Origin: an uncultured archaeon
GTDB taxonomy: Archaea > Aenigmatarchaeota > Aenigmatarchaeia > QMZP01 > QMZT01
Assembly: GCA_965552715.1 (NCBI GenBank)
Contig: CBEVTC010000001.1
Span: 1 to 45,453, forward strand
Direction: 5' to 3'
DNA length: 45,453 bases
The position numbers were made by a program, and so were the translations under genes. Of the stretch, positions 11,159-18,594 are shown one piece after another (the stretch's first letter is position 1; the number at the start of each line of letters is the position of its first letter). The notes beneath the pieces were generated by a model. That model was not told the origin of the DNA. It worked only from the letters and a program-made list of their open reading frames with translations, and searched no databases.

Positions 11159-11536
11159 ATGAAAAATATGAAAAACGAGAAGACCGGAAAGGCGGGGAAG
11201 GCAAAGGAAAAGGATATAGGTCTGGGTTTAACTCAGCCTAAGGAAGCGTGCGAAGATCCGAAATGCGCCTGGCATGGTAAGCTCGCTGTTCGCGGAAGGG
11301 TTTTCAGGGGGAATGTGAAATCCGCGAAGGCGCACAACACGGTTATTGTGGAGTGGGGATATCACAGGCTCATTAGGAAATACCAAAGGTATGAAAGAAG
11401 GAAATCGTACGTGACGGTACACAACCCTCCATGCATGAAGGCGAATGAAGGGGATTCGGTTGTTATCGCCGAGTGCAGGCCGTTATCAAAAACTAAAAAT
11501 TTCGTTATCGTGAATGTTGAAAGGGGGAGAAAATGA
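11159..11536 (+). CDS. rps17: Ribosomal protein uS17
   Basis: CEDPKCAWHG..VHNPPCMKANEGDSVVIAECRPLSKTK. Confidence 0.9.
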   Translation: MKNMKNEKTGKAGKAKEKDIGLGLTQPKEACEDPKCAWHGKLAVRGRVFRGNVKSAKAHNTVIVEWGYHRLIRKYQRYERRKSYVTVHNPPCMKANEGDSVVIAECRPLSKTKNFVIVNVERGRK

Positions 11537-11931
11537 AGGCTGTATCTTCGAAAATCTCGTATGGTCTTTCCACGAAGTCCCTGATAAAATGCGTGGATAA
11601 CTCTGGGGCGAAGACACTGGAGATAATAGCTGTGAAGGGATACAAAGGAAAAAGAAGGACGAAACCAAAGGCGGGTGTGGCAAGCATGGTTTTCTGCAGG
11701 GTGTACAGCGGGACTGAGAAGGTTCGCCATCAAATATTTCGAGCGGTGGTCGTCAGGCAGAAAAAAGAATTCAGGAGGCCGGATGGGATGCGTGTTCAAT
11801 TCGAGGATAACGCAGCGGTGATAATTGATGAAAAGAACGATCCAAAAGGCTCGCAGATAAAGGGTCCAATAGCGAAGGAAGTGGTTGAAAGATTCCCTAC
11901 AGTTGGTAAAATCGCGACAATAGTGGTGTGA
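11533..11931 (+). CDS. rpl14: Ribosomal protein uL14
   Basis: LIKCVDNSGAK and IAKEVVERFP motifs. Confidence 0.95.
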   Translation: MKAVSSKISYGLSTKSLIKCVDNSGAKTLEIIAVKGYKGKRRTKPKAGVASMVFCRVYSGTEKVRHQIFRAVVVRQKKEFRRPDGMRVQFEDNAAVIIDEKNDPKGSQIKGPIAKEVVERFPTVGKIATIVV

Positions 11932-11932
11932 T

Positions 11933-12349
11933 ATGAAGGAATGGTCAAACAAATGGGTTTCGAGCAGACAACCAAGAAAACAGAGGAAATACAGGTACAA
12001 CGCCCCCCTGCACGTGAGGCAGAAGTTTGTTTCGGCCCACCTTTCAGAGGTTTTGAGGGGAAGGTTTGGTAAACGCTCGCTCCCCTTGAGAAAGGGGGAT
12101 GAGGTTAAGGTTATGAGGGGCTCGGATAAAGGGTTTAAAGGCAAAATAGAAAGAATAAACCTTAAAGAGGGAAAAGTTTACATTGAGGGATTAAACGTTA
12201 AAAAGGTTGATGGATCGGAAGTTTTGAAGCCGAAAGACCCCTCGAACTTGCTCATAACCGAGTCTAAAATGGAGGATAAGAGAAGGCAGATGATCGTTGA
12301 GAGATCAAGGGAAAAGAAAGAGGAGAAAGCAAAGAAAAAAGGTGAATGA
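11933..12349 (+). CDS. rpl24: Ribosomal protein uL24
   Basis: KOW motif RKGDEVKVMRGSDKGFKGKI, followed by a KE-rich tail. Confidence 0.9.
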   Translation: MKEWSNKWVSSRQPRKQRKYRYNAPLHVRQKFVSAHLSEVLRGRFGKRSLPLRKGDEVKVMRGSDKGFKGKIERINLKEGKVYIEGLNVKKVDGSEVLKPKDPSNLLITESKMEDKRRQMIVERSREKKEEKAKKKGE

Positions 12350-12350
12350 C

Positions 12351-13028
12351 ATGCATTTGAAGAGATATTCCATCCCTAAATACTGGAAATTGAGGAAGAA
12401 GGAAGAGGAGTTCGTTGTTTCTCCAAGACCGGGACCGCACAAAAAATCCGAATGCATTCCTTTGCTCGTAATACTCAGGGATGTACTGAAAATATTCGAA
12501 AACGCCAAAGAGGCGAAAAGCACGATTAAGAAGGGGGATATTCTGGTTGACAAGAAGGTGAGGAAAGACCCGAATTACCCAGTCGGGCTGATGGATGTTA
12601 TGGAAATTCCGAAGGTTAAAAAATATTACAGGGTTTCCGTGGATAAACACGGTCTCTTCCTTGAGGAGATGAGTCCTTCGCAAGCGGACAAAAAGCTCTG
12701 TAGGATACAGGACAAGAAAACGATAAAAGGAGGCGTAAATCAGCTTAACCTCCATGACGGGAGAAACATCCTGACCGAGAAGAACGTTCACAAGCCAAAC
12801 GATTCGCTTCTTATTGAAATACCAACACAGAAGATTTTGAAGCACTTCAAGTTCGATAAGAATTCGCCTGCCATCGTAATTTCCGGAAAGAACATCGGGG
12901 TGAGAGGGAAGGTGAAGGAGATTTTCAATCGAAAAACAATGCTCGAGAGCAATCGTGTCGTTCTGCAAACGAAGGAAGGGGAGATAGAAACAGTCAAGGA
13001 ATACGTACTGGTTGGTGAGGTTAAATGA
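12351..13028 (+). CDS. rps4e: Ribosomal protein eS4
   Basis: MHLKRYSIPKYWKL and PGPHK. The ATG at 12351 lies directly after the L24 stop. Confidence 0.9.
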   Translation: MHLKRYSIPKYWKLRKKEEEFVVSPRPGPHKKSECIPLLVILRDVLKIFENAKEAKSTIKKGDILVDKKVRKDPNYPVGLMDVMEIPKVKKYYRVSVDKHGLFLEEMSPSQADKKLCRIQDKKTIKGGVNQLNLHDGRNILTEKNVHKPNDSLLIEIPTQKILKHFKFDKNSPAIVISGKNIGVRGKVKEIFNRKTMLESNRVVLQTKEGEIETVKEYVLVGEVK

Positions 13029-13540
13029 ATCCCATGAGAGAGATAAAACTGGAGAAGGTCACGATCAACATAGGGGCTGGCGAGGCCGGACCGAAACTTG
13101 AGATGGCAAAGAAACTCCTTGAAAAGTTTTCGGAAGGGAAGGTCGTGGTCACGAAAACCCATAAGCGGACGACCTTCGGCGTTGCGAAGAAAAAGCCCAT
13201 AGGCGTGAAGATAACGATGAGGGGGGAAAGAGCGAAAGAGTTCCTCAGGAACGTGCTAAAAGCTAATGAAAACCGTATAAGTCCTGAACAGTTCGACAAC
13301 AACGGGAACTTCTCGATAGGCGTGAAAGAGTACATAAACCTCCCAGGGATAAAGTATGATCCTGAGATAGGGATAATAGGTATGGATGTTTGCGTTACGT
13401 TGGAAAGACCCGGATTCAGGGTCAAGAAAAGGAGGATACGTCCGAAAAAAGTAGGGAATAAACACAGGATAACGAATGAAGAAGCGAAGGAATGGGTGAA
13501 AAACGAATTTGATGCTGAGATTTCAAAAGAGGAGGAGTGA
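13025..13540 (+). CDS. rpl5: Ribosomal protein uL5
   Basis: IKLEKVTINIG and NFSIGVKEYINLPGIKYDPEIGI. Confidence 0.95.
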   Translation: MNPMREIKLEKVTINIGAGEAGPKLEMAKKLLEKFSEGKVVVTKTHKRTTFGVAKKKPIGVKITMRGERAKEFLRNVLKANENRISPEQFDNNGNFSIGVKEYINLPGIKYDPEIGIIGMDVCVTLERPGFRVKKRRIRPKKVGNKHRITNEEAKEWVKNEFDAEISKEEE

Positions 13541-13558
13541 AAGCGAAAAGGTGTTGAT

Positions 13559-13780
13559 ATGACTTTTGAAAACGCGAAAAAGCAGATAGAGAACAAACCC
13601 GTGAAACTCGCGAGGTTCATGAAGTTCAACAAGCCAAAGGACAGGAAGTTCGGAAGGAATGTGAAGCCCTGCAGGAGGTGCGGAAAGACGGAAGGGGTTA
13701 TACACAAATACGGCCTATGTTATTGCAGGCAGTGTTTCAGGGAAAAGGCGAGAGAACTGGGTTTTGAAAAATTTGAGTGA
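13559..13780 (+). CDS. rps14: Ribosomal protein uS14 (zinc type)
   Basis: CRRCGKTEGVIHKYGLCYCRQCFREKARELGFEKFE. A later in-frame Met (MKFNKPKDRKFG) may be the true start. Confidence 0.85.
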   Translation: MTFENAKKQIENKPVKLARFMKFNKPKDRKFGRNVKPCRRCGKTEGVIHKYGLCYCRQCFREKARELGFEKFE

Positions 13781-13790
13781 GGTTTTGACT

Positions 13791-14177
13791 ATGAAGCACG
13801 ATTTGCTCGCTGATATGTTTTCCGTGATAAAAAACGCGGAGAGGATCGGGAAAGGGGAATGCGTGGTCCCGAGTTCTAAGATCATAAAGGAGATCCTCAA
13901 GCTCATGCAGAAGAACAAGTACATCGGTTCGTTCGAGTTCATTGATGACGGGAAGAGCGGAAAATTCCGAGTGGAACTGCTTGGAAGGATAAATGATTGT
14001 GGCGTCATAAGACCGAGATTCTATCTGAAAAAGGACGAGTTCATATCATGGGAAAAGAGATTCCTTCCGTCCGTTAACATCGGACTATTGTTCGTGACCA
14101 CTTCGAAAGGCATAATCGATCACAGGCATGCCAAAAGGGAAGGGGCGGGCGGCGCTCTGCTGGGTTATATTTATTAG
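13791..14177 (+). CDS. rps8: Ribosomal protein uS8
   Basis: MKHDLLADMFSVIKNAERIGK. The ATG at 13791 is preferred over the overlapping TTG at 13764. Confidence 0.9.
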   Translation: MKHDLLADMFSVIKNAERIGKGECVVPSSKIIKEILKLMQKNKYIGSFEFIDDGKSGKFRVELLGRINDCGVIRPRFYLKKDEFISWEKRFLPSVNIGLLFVTTSKGIIDHRHAKREGAGGALLGYIY

Positions 14178-14185
14178 TGGTTTGA

Positions 14186-14449
14186 ATGTCAATAGACAAG
14201 GAAATCAAAGAGGCGATGGAGGAGAAGAAGTTGATAATTGGCAGCAAAAGCGTGGTCAAAAACATTAAACGTAACGATGTTAAGTATGTCATATGCTCTA
14301 CCAACTGCAAGGAAGATGTGATAAACGATTTAAACTACTACAATAAAAACTTTGGTGTTGAGATCAAAAAATTCAAGGGGAACTCAAGACAGTTGGGAGA
14401 GATATGCGGGAAGCCGTTCAACGTGATGCTGCTAGGGATAAAAAAATGA
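14186..14449 (+). CDS. rpl30e: Ribosomal protein eL30
   Basis: KLIIGSKSVVKNIK..VICSTNC..FKGNSRQLGEICGKPFNVMLLGI. Lies ahead of NusA-S12-S7, as in other archaea. Confidence 0.8.
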   Translation: MSIDKEIKEAMEEKKLIIGSKSVVKNIKRNDVKYVICSTNCKEDVINDLNYYNKNFGVEIKKFKGNSRQLGEICGKPFNVMLLGIKK

Positions 14450-14459
14450 GCTGATAAAG

Positions 14460-14864
14460 ATGGGAATAAAGCTAACAACCGAACACGTCCGCGTTGTATG
14501 TGTATTCGAGAGGCTTATAGAAGTGCACGTCAGGGATTGTATTATAAATGACGATACGGTTTACTTCCTCATAGAACCCGGAAAAATTGGAATGGCGATA
14601 GGGAAGAACGGGAGGAACATAAAAAATGTGTGCAGGACATTGGGGAAGAAAGTGAAAATATTCGAGTACGCTGATACGCCAGAAAAACTCGTCCGCAATT
14701 TGATAATGAATATAAACTCCATTGAAATCAACAGTGGTGTGATAACGGTTTCAATCCCCGTCTCCGACAAGTCGACTGTGATAGGGAAGAACGGGAGGAA
14801 CATAAAGATGATAAGGCAGTTCCTTAAAAGACATTTCAACATAGACAATTTAAGGCTTAAGTGA
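14460..14864 (+). CDS. nusA: Archaeal NusA-like protein (two KH domains)
   Basis: Two GKNGRNIK KH motifs, and conserved gene order. Confidence 0.8.
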   Translation: MGIKLTTEHVRVVCVFERLIEVHVRDCIINDDTVYFLIEPGKIGMAIGKNGRNIKNVCRTLGKKVKIFEYADTPEKLVRNLIMNINSIEINSGVITVSIPVSDKSTVIGKNGRNIKMIRQFLKRHFNIDNLRLK

Positions 14865-14885
14865 TAAAATAACGAGTGGATAAAT

Positions 14886-15314
14886 ATGCCTGGAGCGTTC
14901 GCTGCTAGGAATTTGAAGAAGAAAAGGGGGAAGTTCAGGTGGAGCTCTGACCAGAAAAAGAGGAAGATGCTCAAACTCTGGAAGAAGACCCCCATTAGAG
15001 GAGCACCCATAGCGAAAGCGCTCGTCTTGAAGAAGAAAGGCGTTGAGCAAAAACAGCCTCACTCCGGGGTAATAAAGGTCGTGAGATGCCAGCTTATAAA
15101 AAACGGCATACAGGTAACGGCTTTCGTCCCGAAGACAGGAACGATAAAACATATAGACGAGCACGATGAGGTTCTGATCGTAGGGCTGGGAGGTTCACAG
15201 GGCGGGGCGGTCGGGTCCATGCACGGTATTAAATACAAGGTTATCGCGGTGAACGGGATTCCCTTGTCTGAAATTCTGAAGGGCAAGAAAGAGAAGGTGA
15301 AGGAAGGCGGATAG
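14886..15314 (+). CDS. rps12: Ribosomal protein uS12
   Basis: KQPHSGVIKVVRCQL and the expected C-terminal pattern. Confidence 0.95.
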   Translation: MPGAFAARNLKKKRGKFRWSSDQKKRKMLKLWKKTPIRGAPIAKALVLKKKGVEQKQPHSGVIKVVRCQLIKNGIQVTAFVPKTGTIKHIDEHDEVLIVGLGGSQGGAVGSMHGIKYKVIAVNGIPLSEILKGKKEKVKEGG

Positions 15315-15315
15315 G

Positions 15316-15912
15316 ATGAGTGTTCTCCTTTTCAAGAGATGGGATTTTTCGGAAGTTGATGTAAAAGACCCCGGTCTGGAAAAATACATAAATTTACAGC
15401 CGATTATTCTTCCAAAGACAACCGGGAAGTACGGAACCGTTTCTATTCACAAAGCAAAGATGAATGTGGTTGAAAGGTTCATAAACAAACTCTTCGTTCC
15501 CGGTCATAAAGGAAAGAAACATAAGCTGACATCGGGACACATCGTTGGGAATTACCAGAGGCTCTTCAAGGCTGTCAAAGAATCATTTGATATAATCGAA
15601 AAGAGAATGAAGAATAATCCGGTACAGGTTCTTGTAAACGCGATAGAGAACGGAGCACTGTACGAGGAAGTGATGGGATACAGGCTTGGAGGAATAATAG
15701 CTAGGAAATCGGTGGTTGTCTCCCCGCAGAGGAGGCTGGACCTTTCCCTTCGCTTGATCACCCAGGACATATTCTCGAAAAGTTTCAGGAGCAGGAAAAC
15801 CCTCGCCCAGGTGATCGCAGACGATCTCATCGAGATTGCCGGCAACGACCAGAGGAACAACGTAATCCGCGAAAGGAACAGGATAGAAAGAGAAGCGGAA
15901 GGCGCGAGGTAA
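15316..15912 (+). CDS. rps7: Ribosomal protein uS7
   Basis: LFKRWDFSEVDVKDPGL and the IRERNRIEREAEGAR terminus. Confidence 0.95.
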   Translation: MSVLLFKRWDFSEVDVKDPGLEKYINLQPIILPKTTGKYGTVSIHKAKMNVVERFINKLFVPGHKGKKHKLTSGHIVGNYQRLFKAVKESFDIIEKRMKNNPVQVLVNAIENGALYEEVMGYRLGGIIARKSVVVSPQRRLDLSLRLITQDIFSKSFRSRKTLAQVIADDLIEIAGNDQRNNVIRERNRIEREAEGAR

Positions 15913-15958
15913 GGAAAGCGAGCGATAATTTTGATAGAATTTTTCTAGCTCAATAACA

Positions 15959-15966
15959 TTTATATA
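15959..15966 (+). promoter_or_regulatory. Candidate TATA box for the EF-2 gene
   Basis: TTTATATA lies about 43 nt upstream of the ATG at 16009, and a GAGGTG Shine-Dalgarno-like sequence sits just before the ATG. Confidence 0.4.
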
Positions 15967-16008
15967 GATTTATGAACAAATTAAAGGAATTATAATTAGA
16001 GGTGTGAG

Positions 16009-16095
16009 ATGGCAGAAAAGGATGTGGCTTCCGTTATCAAGGAATTGATGAGGAAGCCTGAGCAGATTCGTAACATCGGGATTGTGGCGCACATA
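16009..16095 (+). CDS. fusA: Elongation factor 2, exon 1 (29 codons, ends inside the G1/P-loop motif)
   Basis: MAEKDVASVIKELMRKPEQIRNIGIVAHI, followed immediately by TGA. Confidence 0.85.
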
Positions 16096-16127
16096 TGATT
16101 CAGCTGTTTCTGCTGTTTCAGTGTTAA
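16096..16127 (+). other. 32-nt intervening sequence in the EF-2 gene; candidate BHB-type mRNA intron (equivalently 16095-16126)
   Basis: Not a multiple of 3. Starts with TGA and ends with TAA. Folds into a 4-bp helix flanked by two 3-nt bulges plus an inner hairpin. Removing it restores AHIDHGKTT. Confidence 0.6.
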
Positions 16128-18221
16128 GATCACGGTAAAACCACGCTAACTGATAACCTGCTCGCAGGGGCGGGGATGATCTCCGAGGAGCTCGCTGGAA
16201 AGCAGCTCGCGATGGATTTCGTGGAGCAGGAGCAGGAAAGGGGTATAACGATATATTCCGCGAACGTCAGCATGGTTCATGAGTGGGGAGGAAAGGACTA
16301 CCTGATTAATCTCATCGATACGCCCGGACACGTGGATTTCGGCGGGGATGTGACGCGCGCGATGAGAGCGGTGGATGGGGTTCTTGTCCTGATAGATGCA
16401 GTTGAGGCTGTTATGCCGCAGACCGAAACCGTTATCAGGCAAGCCTTGAAGGAAAGGGTAAAGCCGATTCTGTTCATAAACAAGGTTGACCGGTTGATAA
16501 AGGAGCTGAAGCTCACCCCCGAACAGATGCAGGAGAGATTCAAGAAGATTATAACCGAGGTCAACGTGCTCATGCAGAAATACGGGGAGAAGGAACTCGC
16601 TGACAAATGGATGGTTAACGTTAATGACGGGAGCGTTGCGTTCGGGTCTGCTGTGAGGAACTGGGCGATATCCGTTCCGTACATGCAGAAAACAAACATG
16701 ACGTTCAAGGACATAATAGATCTAACGAACAAAGGACCCGAAGGGGAGAAGGAACTCGCTAAGCGTTCGCCTCTCCACATTATAGTTCTGGATATGGTTA
16801 TTAAACATCTCGAAAATCCTTTGGTGGCGCAGAAATACCGTATACAGAAGATATGGCCGGGGGAAAGCGATTCGGAGATTGCGAAGGACATGGTGGATTG
16901 CAATCCCGATGGGAAGCTCGCAGCGATAGTTACGAAACTCTATCCCGATCCACATGCAGGTTACGTCGCGACAGTCCGTATTTTTTCAGGAAAGATGAAA
17001 ACAGGACAGGAAGTCTACCTTGTTAGCATGGACAAAATACAGAAGGTACAGCAGGTTTCCGTGTATAAAGGTCAGCAGAGGATAGGGATGGACGAGGTGG
17101 ATGCAGGGAACATCGTAGGGATTGTCGGTCTCAGGGAATCCTTCTCCGGTGAAACGATCTGTGACCCGGATTACGTAATCCCTGGCTTCGAAGCCATCAC
17201 GCACATATTCGAGCCTGTTGTTGTTAAGGCGATAGAACCAAAGAAACCACAGCAACTTGCGAAACTCATCGAATTCCTGAGAAGAGTCGCCAAAGAGGAT
17301 CCGACCCTCAGGGTTAAGATAAACGAGGAGACAGGAGAGTATCTGGTTTCAGGCCTCGGAGAACTGCACATAGACGCGAAAATAGAGAGGCCTTTGAAGG
17401 ACGAAGGTTTCGATGTGGATGTCTCGCCTCCAATCGTGATTTACAGGGAATCAGTAAGGGGGATCACGCCAGAAGCGATCGAGGGAAAATCCCCGAACAA
17501 GCACAACAGATTCTACGTCATAACCGAACCTCTGGAAGGGAAGGTTCATCGGGCCATGATAAGGGGGGAAGTCCCGTCTAACATAGAAGTCAAGAAAAAG
17601 GACGTTGAGTTGCAGAACAAGCTGGTTGACCTTGGGTTTGACAGGGATGAATCGAAAAAGGTAAAACTCATACACAACCGTAACGTGTTTCTTGACATGA
17701 CAAGGGGTGTCCACGCGATACTCGAGGTTATGGAGATGCTGAAGCAGTCTTTCACGGAAGCGATGGATGAAGGTCCGCTTGCAAGGGAACCCTGCGATGC
17801 GATAAAGGTCAAACTGATTGATGCGAAGCTTCACGAAGACGCGATACACAGGGGTCCTGCCCAGGTAATCCCCGCTGTACGTTCAGCCGTAAGGGATGCG
17901 ATGGTCTCGGGCAAGGCCTACATTCTCGAGCCTAAGCAGATCATAAGGATTGATGTCCCGACAGACAAGCTGAGCGGGGCGATGAAAGAGGTTCAGAACA
18001 GGCGTGGTCAAATCCTGGAAATGGGAGAGGAAAGGGGAACCACGAGTGTCACAGCGAAGCTTCCCGTTGCCGAGATGTTTGGTTTCAACTCGTCCCTGAA
18101 ATCCTCAACCGGGGGTCAGGGCTTCTACTGGCTGATAGACGTGGTTTACGAACCCCTGCCAAGGGATCTCTCACAAAAGGTAATAAGCCAGATAAAACAG
18201 AGAAAGGGAATAACTGAATGA
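16128..18221 (+). CDS. fusA: Elongation factor 2, exon 2 (697 codons)
   Basis: Begins DHGKTTLTDNLLAGAGMISEELAG, then DTPGHVDF and NKVDR, and continues through aEF-2 domains II-V to the stop at 18221. Confidence 0.9.
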   Translation, partial: DHGKTTLTDNLLAGAGMISEELAGKQLAMDFVEQEQERGITIYSANVSMVHEWGGKDYLINLIDTPGHVDFGGDVTRAMRAVDGVLVLIDAVEAVMPQTETVIRQALKERVKPILFINKVDRLIKELKLTPEQMQERFKKIITEVNVLMQKYGEKELADKWMVNVNDGSVAFGSAVRNWAISVPYMQKTNMTFKDIIDLTNKGPEGEKELAKRSPLHIIVLDMVIKHLENPLVAQKYRIQKIWPGESDSEIAKDMVDCNPDGKLAAIVTKLYPDPHAGYVATVRIFSGKMKTGQEVYLVSMDKIQKVQQVSVYKGQQRIGMDEVDAGNIVGIVGLRESFSGETICDPDYVIPGFEAITHIFEPVVVKAIEPKKPQQLAKLIEFLRRVAKEDPTLRVKINEETGEYLVSGLGELHIDAKIERPLKDEGFDVDVSPPIVIYRESVRGITPEAIEGKSPNKHNRFYVITEPLEGKVHRAMIRGEVPSNIEVKKKDVELQNKLVDLGFDRDESKKVKLIHNRNVFLDMTRGVHAILEVMEMLKQSFTEAMDEGPLAREPCDAIKVKLIDAKLHEDAIHRGPAQVIPAVRSAVRDAMVSGKAYILEPKQIIRIDVPTDKLSGAMKEVQNRRGQILEMGEERGTTSVTAKLPVAEMFGFNSSLKSSTGGQGFYWLIDVVYEPLPRDLSQKVISQIKQRKGITE

Positions 18222-18279
18222 ATTCTTTCTAGTTTTAACTTTTTAATATAATCTCCCAAATAAGTTTGTATCAGTATTT

Positions 18280-18299
18280 GACGTTCGCTTTCGAACGTC
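18280..18299 (+). repeat. GACG/CGUC hairpin copy H1 (GACGTTCG-CTTT-CGAACGTC)
   Basis: Perfect 8-bp stem. Including the flanks, 22 of 24 nt are identical to copy H5 inside RNase P RNA. Confidence 0.7.
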
Positions 18300-18316
18300 T
18301 CACGAAACTAGCGATT

Positions 18317-18345
18317 GACGACTTGGATTTAATTATCAAGTCGTC
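18317..18345 (+). repeat. GACG/CGUC hairpin copy H2 (GACGACTTG-11 nt AT-rich loop-CAAGTCGTC), 10 nt upstream of tRNA-Pro
   Basis: Perfect 9-bp inverted repeat. Shares the 11-mer TGACGACTTGG with H3. Confidence 0.7.
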
Positions 18346-18355
18346 GCTCGAAAAT

Positions 18356-18552
18356 GGGGCCGTGGTGTAGCTTGGTTTAGCCTTTCATTTGAAAGAAATG
18401 GTGCCATAAGCATTCATGCTTCGGGCCACTCTTCGTGAACACGAAGCGTGCGAAACGGCATGCGACCTGAGTTCAAATGACCCTTTTACTCAAAAGCGTC
18501 AACGGAAAACCAGCAGCTGACGCTTGCGGTCATGAAACTCTCAGCGGCCCCA
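18356..18552 (+). tRNA. tRNA-Pro(CGG) with three introns: D-arm about 18381-18410, 37/38 at 18426-18456, 59/60 at 18478-18538
   Basis: Acceptor stem GGGGCCG/CGGCCCC. Anticodon stem CATGC/GCATG with loop TTCGGG+G. T stem CTGAG/CTCAG with loop TTCAAAT. The spliced length is 75 nt. No encoded CCA. Confidence 0.85.
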
Positions 18553-18594
18553 TTCACCGATTTGATTTATATTTGGAAGGCCGAAATAATTATT

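Noticed and set aside
7003-15389. Numerous antisense or alternative-frame ORFs of 60-260 aa across the ribosomal protein operon (for example 11362-12144, 13021-13707 and 10040-10717)
   Set aside because: Each overlaps a confidently identified ribosomal protein gene on the other strand or frame. They have low-complexity Ser/Phe/Leu-rich translations typical of antisense purine-rich coding DNA.
16101-16119. The direct repeat GCTGTTTC-T-GCTGTTTC inside the EF-2 insert as a sign of a slippage or duplication artefact, or a CRISPR-like repeat
   Set aside because: Only two 8-nt units are present, and they form the two sides of the intron hairpin region. There is no array structure. Duplication alone would not explain the precise 32-nt frame-restoring boundaries, although an assembly check is still recommended.
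16093-16130. Translational bypassing (T4 gene 60-style hop) or a programmed frameshift as the explanation for the EF-2 interruption
   Set aside because: A stop codon right after the take-off codon plus a hairpin is reminiscent of bypassing. However, the take-off codon AUA has no matching landing codon before GAU at 16128 (the preceding triplets are UUA/UAA). A 32-nt gap is also too large for a simple frameshift. The BHB-like fold, in a genome whose tRNAs use the same intron geometry, is the simpler model. Bypassing remains an untested alternative.
18532-18594. The longer N-terminus of the prepilin peptidase ORF (and the 67-aa ORF at 18477-18680)
   Set aside because: These overlap the 3' exon and intron of tRNA-Pro. 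The internal ATG at 18595 gives a normal TM start.
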